Positions 24,086 through 32,000 of a stretch of DNA of 32,000 nucleotides are shown piece after piece. Both the position numbers and the translations under genes were made by a program. Numbering within the stretch: the first letter of the stretch is position 1; every line of letters begins with the position of its first letter. The notes below the pieces were generated by a model. The model did no database searches and was not told the origin of the DNA. It worked only from the letters and a program-made list of their open reading frames with translations. The DNA is from Acinetobacter chinensis (GTDB lineage: Bacteria; Pseudomonadota; Gammaproteobacteria; Pseudomonadales; Moraxellaceae): positions 1,115,817 through 1,147,816 of the forward strand of contig NZ_CP032134.1 of assembly GCF_002165375.2 (NCBI RefSeq), read 5' to 3'.

Positions 24086-24314
24086 AACAAGATGAACTGA
24101 ATTTTAAAGCAGTATTTTAAGTGCTGATTACATGAAATTTCAAATAAATTTAAAACAACAACAGTTTTCGATCATTGTTGTGAATATTTAAAAGGATGGC
24201 TTCATTTTTTATGGTGATCCTGCAGTGCTTATTACAGTGAGCTGCAGCAGATATCATCCGGAGACAATATCTGCCTGTGTATATTGTGAATATATACTGA
24301 AGTCAGTGGACTGT

Positions 24315-26834
24315 TTAAAATTTAAAAGTCACATCTGCAATGAACTGACGACCATATTCGGCATTTACCTGTCCAGTTGAATCAATATATTCATTGTTTT
24401 TATTGGTTATATTGTTGATGGTCAGTCCAAAGACCGTGCTGTAGTTTTTGGAAACAGGCAGTGTGTAGGTTCCACGCATGTCCCAGGCAAAAGTACTGGC
24501 ATTTTTTACTGGGGTGTAACTGTCATAGATGTTGCCGTCAGTATCTGTGTATCCATTGGCTTTCAATTTCATGGCATCATAATGATATTTATAAGTCATG
24601 AAGTTACTGATTCGGACGGGCAGATCAGTCAGAGCAATGTCCCAGCCTGTACGGACAGTCCAGGGCTGATTAAAATTGTCGGCTGGACGGTTGCCGGATT
24701 GCATGGTTTTTCCATCATAATAAATCAGGCTGTTTGGATCTTCATAACGATCATTATAAGAGCTGAAGTTACGCTGTGTGTCAGTGTAATCCACTCCCAG
24801 ACTGAAATGGTGCAGTGTATTTTTAAATGGCAGAGCCTCAATATTTTTAAGGCTTAGCGTGAAGATATCAGACTTTGAAAAACCTGAATTATCGAGTTCA
24901 TAAATACTGTACGTTCCTGATCCTGTCGGTTTAGGTACGGTCTGATAGAGGGTCTGTCGTAATATATCTTGAGTATCACGGTTTACCCATTTTAATGACC
25001 AGTCAATATTTGCATGTTGCCCATTGATGGCAAAAACAGTCTCATCACTGAAAGGGGTATCCAGCTGATTGCTGAGCTGCATTGCTCCATATCTTGAGCC
25101 TGCTGTCTCTGTCCATGCATCGCTGACACTGTTCCGTGTCTGAGTGGACTGCAGCATTCTTTTTCTGTTCTGCAGTTCATTGGCAAATGCATTCAGACCA
25201 TAATAGCGGTTCCATCCTGTGGTAAAACGCAGGGAACTGTCACCAAAAGGCATATAGCTGAAAGAACTTCGCGGAGCAAAATTATTATTTTTTGAGAGTG
25301 AGTCATAATCTGCGCGCAGTCCCAGTGTCGCTGAAAAATAGCGGTCGTAGTCCATTCTGTTTTCCAGGTAGGCATGCCAGCGATCCTGCCGTACTTCAAT
25401 ATCACCTGCGCCATAGACAGTTCTCGTTTTGGCATATTGTCCATCGTATTTTGCTGCATTTGTGGTTGCTTCATCACATGCATCGTAACGGATACCTTCT
25501 GTCGAATAACAGGATGCTCCTTTCAAATTGGTAGTGCTGACATACCAGTAGCTGTCATTTTCTCTATGATTGAATGCTTCATAATGACCATAACCCGCGC
25601 CCATTTTGAAGGTGTTCTGGAGTTTGCCAAAGCTGATCGGTGCAAAACTGGTTTTAAAGGTATATTCCAGCTTTTGTTCTTCCTGTTCAAACTGCCCAAA
25701 GCTGCCTTCCTGTGCCAGTGTGCCGGTATTGATCCAGTTTTTGGATTCGGATCTTAACCAGCTGTAGAGATGATCCTTTCCATCCCGTGCTCTGTTCTGA
25801 GTCTGATAGTTCAGCTGCTGTTCAATTTTCACTGCATCCAGCTCATTTTTCATCTGGATATAAAAAGCCTGGCTGTCTGAAGTATGAGTTGTTGCCGAAT
25901 TTTTTACATTGTCCTGAAAATAATCCCCGCTATCTTCAAAAAGAAGCATGCCAAATTTTAACTGGGTCTGATCAGTGAGCGCGTAAAAGGTTTCCAGGGC
26001 GAAGTTGCTGGCTTGTCGCTCCTGTTCGGCATGAGTTGGATCGTTGAGAGATGTTTTCAGCGGAATATCCGACCAGCGATGAGAACCTGCGAGATTAAAA
26101 CCGAGTCTGTCTGTTAAGTTTCCATAGAGTGTTCCGCTGAGACCCTGTTTGGTATAACGCTTCTGGTATGACTCTGACACAGAGTTTTCATACTTTGATT
26201 CTTCTTCCTGACTGGCATAATTCTGCGTTGCCCATTTATCTGAAGTGTAGTCATAGGACAGACTTCCATGAAACTGGTTAACAGCGGTCTGTGGTGCGCA
26301 GGTTTCAGCTGAAACGACACCGCCTGTGAACTCACCGTATTCGGCACTGACATTGCTGTCCAGAACAGTCACGTTGCACAGCAGGTCGGTGTTGACAGCG
26401 ACCGTCTGACTGGAACCCATCAGGTCGGTATTACTGTTGGACGAGGCGCTGCTGGCAGGGTTGATATTGTCGTTGATACTCAGTCCATTAATCAGAAATT
26501 TATTTTCATAAGGCAATGAACCATTAATGCTGATTTCAGCAGGGGACAGTTCACCTTGCTGGCGACCTGAGCGCTGTTTTCTGTCGAACTGAACATTTGG
26601 ATTTACTTTTAATAAATCAGTGATGTTCTTACTGCTGTTGGGCGTATTTTTTATTTCTTCTTCGGTATACGTGGTTTTGCCGACCGTATTTCTCTTTTCT
26701 GCCTGGGTTTTGATGGGTTGTAACTGTGGGACTTCTACGGTTTGTTCTGGTGCGGGTATTTCAGTTGTTGCAGAAATGGATGCGCTGATGACGGAGAGTA
26801 TGGCAAAGGCGAGCGGAGATAGAGCAGGGCGCAT
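24315..26834 (-). CDS. TonB-dependent outer-membrane receptor
   Basis: 839 aa ORF with a signal peptide and a plug-like segment (TYTEEEIKNTPNSSKNITDLLKVNPNV). It has a long barrel region rich in alternating aromatic residues and ends ADVTFKF with a terminal Phe. Fur-box-like sites lie upstream. Confidence 0.85.
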   Translation of the reverse strand: MRPALSPLAFAILSVISASISATTEIPAPEQTVEVPQLQPIKTQAEKRNTVGKTTYTEEEIKNTPNSSKNITDLLKVNPNVQFDRKQRSGRQQGELSPAEISINGSLPYENKFLINGLSINDNINPASSASSNSNTDLMGSSQTVAVNTDLLCNVTVLDSNVSAEYGEFTGGVVSAETCAPQTAVNQFHGSLSYDYTSDKWATQNYASQEEESKYENSVSESYQKRYTKQGLSGTLYGNLTDRLGFNLAGSHRWSDIPLKTSLNDPTHAEQERQASNFALETFYALTDQTQLKFGMLLFEDSGDYFQDNVKNSATTHTSDSQAFYIQMKNELDAVKIEQQLNYQTQNRARDGKDHLYSWLRSESKNWINTGTLAQEGSFGQFEQEEQKLEYTFKTSFAPISFGKLQNTFKMGAGYGHYEAFNHRENDSYWYVSTTNLKGASCYSTEGIRYDACDEATTNAAKYDGQYAKTRTVYGAGDIEVRQDRWHAYLENRMDYDRYFSATLGLRADYDSLSKNNNFAPRSSFSYMPFGDSSLRFTTGWNRYYGLNAFANELQNRKRMLQSTQTRNSVSDAWTETAGSRYGAMQLSNQLDTPFSDETVFAINGQHANIDWSLKWVNRDTQDILRQTLYQTVPKPTGSGTYSIYELDNSGFSKSDIFTLSLKNIEALPFKNTLHHFSLGVDYTDTQRNFSSYNDRYEDPNSLIYYDGKTMQSGNRPADNFNQPWTVRTGWDIALTDLPVRISNFMTYKYHYDAMKLKANGYTDTDGNIYDSYTPVKNASTFAWDMRGTYTLPVSKNYSTVFGLTINNITNKNNEYIDSTGQVNAEYGRQFIADVTFKF

Positions 26835-26860
26835 AGTGTATAGAATGTGTAAATATTAAT

Positions 26861-26918
26861 GCTAGCGATTATCATTAACTTTAATATTGTAATCAATAGT
26901 AATGAGAATTATTTTCAA
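26861..26918. promoter_or_regulatory. Two Fur-box-like sites upstream of the TonB-dependent receptor
   Basis: The reverse complement of 26861-26879 is GTTAATGATAATCGCTAGC, matching 15 of 19 positions of GATAATGATAATCATTATC. The reverse complement of about 26900-26918 is TGAAAATAATTCTCATTA, a second partial match. Confidence 0.55.
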
Positions 26919-27005
26919 TAAAAATATATAATTAAAATTCAGAATTCAATTGAAAAAAATGAAGTGTCTGAAAAAGACATAACAGAAGGAGTGGTGTATA
27001 GATAA

Positions 27006-27081
27006 TGGCGTCCCTACGGGGATTCGAACCCCGGTTACCGCCGTGAAAGGGCGATGTCCTAGGCCTCTAGACGATAGGGAC
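27006..27081 (-). tRNA. tRNA-Glu (UUC), copy 4
   Basis: 76 nt identical to copy 1. Confidence 0.95.
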
Positions 27082-27098
27082 GTTTTGAGGATGGCGGT

Positions 27099-27127
27099 AT
27101 CTTATTGATCCGCCACCATTGTGTCAA
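27099..27127 (-). promoter_or_regulatory. sigma70 promoter of tRNA-Glu copy 4, embedded in the 3' end of rnt
   Basis: Minus strand TTGACA (27127-27122), 17 nt spacer, TAAGAT (27104-27099). The TAA of the -10 element is the rnt stop codon (27104-27102). Confidence 0.55.
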
Positions 27128-27761
27128 GTAAGTGGGGTGCGAGTTTGTTCAAAATGTAGCAGAACAGTTCAGCTGTTTTCTGCGTGTCATAAAGTGCAGA
27201 GTGCGCTTCTTTACCATCAAACTCGATTCCAGCCTGGATACAGGATTTTGCCAGTACCGTTTGCCCAAACATGACAGCACTTAAAGTCACTGTGTCAAAA
27301 ACTGAAAAGCTGTGAAACGGGTTCTGGTTTTTGGTACCGGTACGCGTAATAGCTGCCTGTACAAAGCCCAGATCAAAGTGTGCATTATGCCCGACTAAAA
27401 CCGCATGAGTGCAGTTCTGCTGACGGCGTACTTCATTAACTGCTTTGAAAATACGTTTCAGTGCGGATTTTTCATCTTCTGCCATTGCCATACGCATAGG
27501 GTTGAATGGGTCTACACCAATAAAATCCAGTGAGCGACGATCCAGGTTTGCACCTTCAAAAGGATTGATATGTGCATGATAAGCCTGACCTGGAACAAAC
27601 TGACCAGATTCATCATATACTATTGGAATTGCCGCAATTTCCAGTAAGGCATCTGTCTGAGCATTAAAGCCCGCAGTTTCGACATCGACAACTACAGGCA
27701 GAAATCCACGAAAACGCTGACCAATCACTGGCAAGGTTTCATCTGTCACACTTTTCTCCAT
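27102..27761 (-). CDS. rnt: Ribonuclease T
   Basis: 219 aa ORF. The segments [37 protein letters not shown] and [16 protein letters not shown] align with E. coli RNase T (DEDDh exonuclease). Confidence 0.9.
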   Translation of the reverse strand: MEKSVTDETLPVIGQRFRGFLPVVVDVETAGFNAQTDALLEIAAIPIVYDESGQFVPGQAYHAHINPFEGANLDRRSLDFIGVDPFNPMRMAMAEDEKSALKRIFKAVNEVRRQQNCTHAVLVGHNAHFDLGFVQAAITRTGTKNQNPFHSFSVFDTVTLSAVMFGQTVLAKSCIQAGIEFDGKEAHSALYDTQKTAELFCYILNKLAPHLLDTMVADQ

Positions 27762-28786
27762 TGGATGGTTTTACCCGCATACAGCGGAATAATCTGTTCA
27801 CCATCCAGATAGTCTAAACTTTCAGGAATGACCTGATCTTCTTTTACAAGGGTAATCGTATTTGTATTGCGTGGCAAACCATAGAAGTCTGCACCGAAAT
27901 GACTGGCAAAGCCCTCAAGGCGTTCAATTCGACCCACCTGATCAAATGCTTGCGCATATAATTCAATTGCAGTCGGAGCACTGTAGCACCCAGCACAGCC
28001 ACATGCATTTTCTTTGGCATTTTTTGAATGCGGCGCACTGTCTGTACCAAGGAAAAATTTAGGATTACCACTGGTCGCCACTTCAAGCAGTGTCTGTTGA
28101 TGAGACTGCCGTTTCAGAATAGGCAGACAGTAGAAGTGAGGCTTAACACCACCGACCAGTAAGTCGTTGCGGTTGAACAGTAAATGCTGTGGCGTGATGG
28201 TTGCTGCAACATTCCGGTCCTGTTCCAGGACAAAATGAGCCGCTTCACTGGTGGTGATATGCTCTAGCACCAGTTTCAGTTTCGGGAACTGTTGCAGTAA
28301 AGGAGACAGTACTTCATCGACAAAACGCTTTTCACGGTCAAAAATATCAACATGATGATGAGTGACTTCACCGTGCAGCAATAAAGGAACCTGATGTTCT
28401 TCCATCTGCTCAATGACAGCATACACTTTACTGATGTCACTGACACCACTATCTGAGTTTGTAGTCGCCCCGGCAGGATAAAGTTTAATGGCATTCACAT
28501 GTTCAGAGTTCCTGATTTTCAGAACTTCTGCCGGTGAGGTCAGATCTGTAAAATAAAGCACCATGCGTGGGTCAAAATTTACACCTTCAGGAACATGCTG
28601 CATGATCCGTTCACGGTATGCATTGGCTTCTTCAACGGTTTTTACCGGTGGAACCAGGTTCGGCATGCAGATCGCCCGCGCAAACTGATTTGCCAGGTCC
28701 GGAACAGTACGTTGCAGGGAAAGTCCATCGCGTAAATGCGCATGCCAGTCATCTGGCTGAAGAAGAGTAATTGAGTTCAAGGTCAT
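27746..28786 (-). CDS. pyrC: Dihydroorotase (class II)
   Basis: 346 aa [26 protein letters not shown] and FLGTDSAPH match E. coli-type PyrC. It overlaps the rnt start by 16 nt. Confidence 0.9.
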   Translation of the reverse strand: MTLNSITLLQPDDWHAHLRDGLSLQRTVPDLANQFARAICMPNLVPPVKTVEEANAYRERIMQHVPEGVNFDPRMVLYFTDLTSPAEVLKIRNSEHVNAIKLYPAGATTNSDSGVSDISKVYAVIEQMEEHQVPLLLHGEVTHHHVDIFDREKRFVDEVLSPLLQQFPKLKLVLEHITTSEAAHFVLEQDRNVAATITPQHLLFNRNDLLVGGVKPHFYCLPILKRQSHQQTLLEVATSGNPKFFLGTDSAPHSKNAKENACGCAGCYSAPTAIELYAQAFDQVGRIERLEGFASHFGADFYGLPRNTNTITLVKEDQVIPESLDYLDGEQIIPLYAGKTIQWRKV

Positions 28787-28930
28787 GCCGATCTTAGAAA
28801 TAAAACAAATGATAATGCATAAATGTGAAAATGATAACGTTAAATAAAGATAAATGGTGTCATAAAGCTAAATTAAGCCAGATAAACTGTGCTATTTTTA
28901 AGCCATTATAAAAATTATATTTTTATCTGA

Positions 28931-30190
28931 ATGGAATATAAATATAAACTTGCCAAGTTACAGTATGACAAGGAAAAAATTGAGGGGTTGATCTCACGTC
29001 AGAAAAGACGGGCAGGTCAGGTTTTTCCAAAGCAGCTTGAACTTGAGTTCTGGGAGCAATACCTGGAAAGGGCACGGGACAATATTAATCAGTACTTCTG
29101 GTCAGGAGTGCTGACGTATTTCATTTTTATTTTATTGATCGTTCCGGGTGATTACTGGATTATTGATAAAACACACTTCAGATATGACTTTATTCATAGC
29201 CTGCTTGGACTGGTCAATGGAGCACTCTGTCTATTGGCATTGTTCTTCTTCGCACATTATAAAAAACTGAAACCGTTTTTTCCCTGGGCGTCCATGGCTA
29301 TTGTCCTGTGGGCAGTCATCAGCATGACCTGGCTGACCATGACGGTTCATACTGAAGCACTGAAACATCAGGCGATGATGATTATCTGTACCATTTATAT
29401 CATGGGCTATGTGCTAACAGGTGTTAAACCGTTTCATATGCTGCTGACAGGGCTTATGGCTGCCATTATTGCACTGATTATCCTGATGGTTTCATTCGTA
29501 AAGATTGATGTCATGGTCATGTCCAGAGTACTGGTTGGCAGCTGTGTGATGGGTTTTCTGATCAGTAAAATGCTGTGTACCCGTGAACGTATGATTTTCC
29601 TGATCATGCATCAGGCAAAAATCAGTGAACGGATCAATATTATTCATACCAATGAATTACTGCATTTAAGTCAGCATGATGAACTGACCAAAATATCAAA
29701 CCGCCGTAATTTTGATGAAATGCTGAATGTTCTTTACGATCAGGCAAAGCGTAATAAAACTGCTCTGTCATTGCTGTTTATAGATGTCGATCATTTCAAA
29801 AACTATAATGATTATTATGGGCACCAGAAAGGTGATGATGTCATTTCCTCCATAGCACGTGCAATTAAAGATGCGATTCGCCATATGGATTTTGTGGCGC
29901 GATATGGCGGTGAGGAGTTTGTGGTGCTTTTACCCGAAACCGATGCACATGGTGCTTATGCGGTTGCATCCAATATTTATAAAGGGATAGACAGGCTCGC
30001 TATTCCACATGCAAAGTCACTTGTGTCAAAGCATGTCACGATCAGTCTGGGGTTTACAGTTTACCGTGGCGAAGCAGATTTAACTGAACATGAGTTTTTA
30101 TCAGTAGCCGATCAGGCGCTGTACCGAGCCAAGCAACTGGGAAGAAATCAGATTTATTTTCAGTCCATGCAGACTGAACAGGTTGCCTGA
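28931..30190 (+). CDS. Membrane-bound diguanylate cyclase (GGDEF), paralog 1
   Basis: 419 aa ORF with an N-terminal multi-TM region and a C-terminal GGDEF domain. The domain includes LLFIDVDHFKNYNDYYGHQKGD, RYGGEEFVVLL, and RHMD five residues upstream of GGEEF (an RxxD I-site). Confidence 0.85.
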   Translation: MEYKYKLAKLQYDKEKIEGLISRQKRRAGQVFPKQLELEFWEQYLERARDNINQYFWSGVLTYFIFILLIVPGDYWIIDKTHFRYDFIHSLLGLVNGALCLLALFFFAHYKKLKPFFPWASMAIVLWAVISMTWLTMTVHTEALKHQAMMIICTIYIMGYVLTGVKPFHMLLTGLMAAIIALIILMVSFVKIDVMVMSRVLVGSCVMGFLISKMLCTRERMIFLIMHQAKISERINIIHTNELLHLSQHDELTKISNRRNFDEMLNVLYDQAKRNKTALSLLFIDVDHFKNYNDYYGHQKGDDVISSIARAIKDAIRHMDFVARYGGEEFVVLLPETDAHGAYAVASNIYKGIDRLAIPHAKSLVSKHVTISLGFTVYRGEADLTEHEFLSVADQALYRAKQLGRNQIYFQSMQTEQVA

Positions 30191-30252
30191 TGATGTGTTT
30201 TTTCAGCACTGGGTCAGCAGCATCTGACTGATGTGGGTATTTTGCTTTTATT

Positions 30253-31494
30253 ATGGATATTGAACAGCAAGTCACAGAGCTTCAGCGGGATAAGCAGAAA
30301 ATAGAAGCCGTGTTGCAGCAACAGCACAATCGTATGCAGTCCATCTTTTCCGTGGAGCTTGAGCAGAAGTTCTGGAAAGACAGGGAAGACAGACTTACAC
30401 GCCTGATCGTCAGGGCGTTTTTTCCTGCGACTGTATTTTATCTGATTTTTGAATTGATCAGCTTGCCATTGAATTATTTCAGTATGGCTGTTGAGTTTCG
30501 TCGACATGATATTTCATTGATTATGACCTCATATACAACAGGGTGGCTGGCGTTATTTTCCATTTTTATCATGTCCAGAAATGATCAATGGAAGAAATAT
30601 TATTCTGTCGTTGTAACGACCGTGATCTGTATCAGCCTGACCGTTGTTCAGAGTGTACTGTTGTCAGTACAGTCGGTTGAGATGAGCTGGCGTGGTACGC
30701 TGATTATTATCATTGCACTGATGTTTGCTTATCTCTGTTCTGGTCTGCGCCCACGTAATATGCTTTTTGCAGGGCTGCTGTCAGCTGTGCTGACATTGAT
30801 CTATCTGAAAACAGTATCTACGCATGTTTCATCGCTTGTACTTTCCAATGTATTTTTACTTGGAAATCTGGTTGGACTGGGTTTGTCCGTTTTAACCATA
30901 TCAACCGAAAGAATCCGTTTTTTACAGTCAATCATTATTAAACTCGACAGCCAGATTTATGAGTTACTTGGACAGCATTTATATACATTAAGTCATCAGG
31001 ATACACTGACTGCACTGATGAACCGTCGTGGGTTTGAAGACCGCTTTAGTCTGCTGTTTAGGGAGGCACAGGAACAGCAGACTCCACTGGCTTTATTGTT
31101 TATCGATGTGGATTTTTTCAAACTTTATAATGATTTTTATGGGCATCAGAATGGTGATATTGCTTTAATCCGTGTTGCTCAGACCCTGAAGCGTTTCAGT
31201 GGTGAGCAGGGAGTGGCAGTTCGTTTTGGTGGCGAAGAGTTTTTATTGGTATTGAAAAATACAGATATGCAGAATGCTGTTCTGATGGCTGAAGGCATTC
31301 TGACTGATATCCGTGAACAGTGTATTCCTCATGCAGACTCAAGTGTTTCTGAGTATCTGACTTTAAGTATTGGTGTGGCGGTGTATACCGGGGCTGAAAA
31401 TATCAGTGAATATGATCTTTTAAATCAGGCCGATAATGCATTGTATCAGGCTAAACGGCAGGGACGGGATCGGGTGATGGCTGCTCACTACTGA
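30253..31494 (+). CDS. Membrane-bound diguanylate cyclase (GGDEF), paralog 2
   Basis: 413 aa ORF with the same architecture as paralog 1. It has LLFIDVDFFKLYNDFYGHQNGD and RFGGEEFLLVL. The I-site position reads GEQG (from FSGEQGVAVRF), so there is no RxxD. Confidence 0.85.
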   Translation: MDIEQQVTELQRDKQKIEAVLQQQHNRMQSIFSVELEQKFWKDREDRLTRLIVRAFFPATVFYLIFELISLPLNYFSMAVEFRRHDISLIMTSYTTGWLALFSIFIMSRNDQWKKYYSVVVTTVICISLTVVQSVLLSVQSVEMSWRGTLIIIIALMFAYLCSGLRPRNMLFAGLLSAVLTLIYLKTVSTHVSSLVLSNVFLLGNLVGLGLSVLTISTERIRFLQSIIIKLDSQIYELLGQHLYTLSHQDTLTALMNRRGFEDRFSLLFREAQEQQTPLALLFIDVDFFKLYNDFYGHQNGDIALIRVAQTLKRFSGEQGVAVRFGGEEFLLVLKNTDMQNAVLMAEGILTDIREQCIPHADSSVSEYLTLSIGVAVYTGAENISEYDLLNQADNALYQAKRQGRDRVMAAHY

Positions 31495-31513
31495 AATCCT
31501 GTCTAAGCTGCAA

Positions 31514-31547
31514 TAAAAAAAGCCACTGATTACAGTGGCTTTTTTTT
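31514..31547. terminator. Bidirectional rho-independent terminator between the GGDEF gene and argG
   Basis: aaaaaaa-agccactg-atta-cagtggct-ttttttt. Confidence 0.75.
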
Positions 31548-31557
31548 AAGTCGAAAC

Positions 31558-32000
<443 letters not shown>

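Noticed and set aside
24582-26859. Short ORFs within or antisense to the TonB-dependent receptor gene.
   Set aside because: They are embedded in a well-supported 839 aa frame, with no Shine-Dalgarno or motif support.
20456-27081. Repeated identical 76 bp units, considered as a CRISPR-like or other repeat array.
   Set aside because: Each unit folds as a canonical tRNA-Glu(UUC) with an encoded CCA. The spacers are kilobases long and contain genes, and there are no cas genes.
30054-30507. Minus-strand ORFs 30054-30275 and 30214-30507 spanning the junction of the two GGDEF genes.
   Set aside because: They are antisense to the well-supported cyclase genes, and their translations have no recognisable features.

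Overview
This 32 kb chromosomal window comes from an AT-rich gammaproteobacterium. Gene content and the tRNA-Glu sequence look like Acinetobacter/Moraxellaceae, judged from memory and not verifiable here. All similarity calls rest on reading the translations and on recall of protein families; no searches were run.

The backbone genes are mostly on the minus strand:
- A PAS/degenerate-GGDEF/EAL protein. It runs off the left edge and is missing from the ORF track.
- rsmE, metF and ahcY, preceded by an SAH-riboswitch-like leader.
- Two hypothetical envelope proteins and a Sel1-repeat protein.
- A Fur-box-preceded DUF3649-like / PepSY-TM (PiuB-like) / DUF3325-like operon.
- A small secreted repeat protein.
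- Four identical tRNA-Glu(UUC) genes interleaved with two paralogous APC amino-acid permeases and a Fur-box-preceded TonB-dependent receptor.
- rnt, pyrC, two tandem GGDEF diguanylate cyclases, and the 3' end of argG.

The one clear accessory element is an ~8.3 kb integrated filamentous (inovirus, CTXphi/Ff-like) prophage at 12164-20505. It is bounded by perfect 50 bp direct repeats equal to the 3' 49 nt of tRNA-Glu plus one extra base. Its minus-strand gene order is Rep, putative ssDNA-binding protein, micro-ORFs, major coat, pIII-like, pVI-like, Zot/pI, hairpin-rich intergenic region, then its own tyrosine integrase. A divergent HTH regulator has an ORF that runs across the att core into the tRNA.

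I saw no CRISPR array, rRNA or IS element. I found no convincing non-phage novel system, so the most interesting material is the prophage and its junction architecture.
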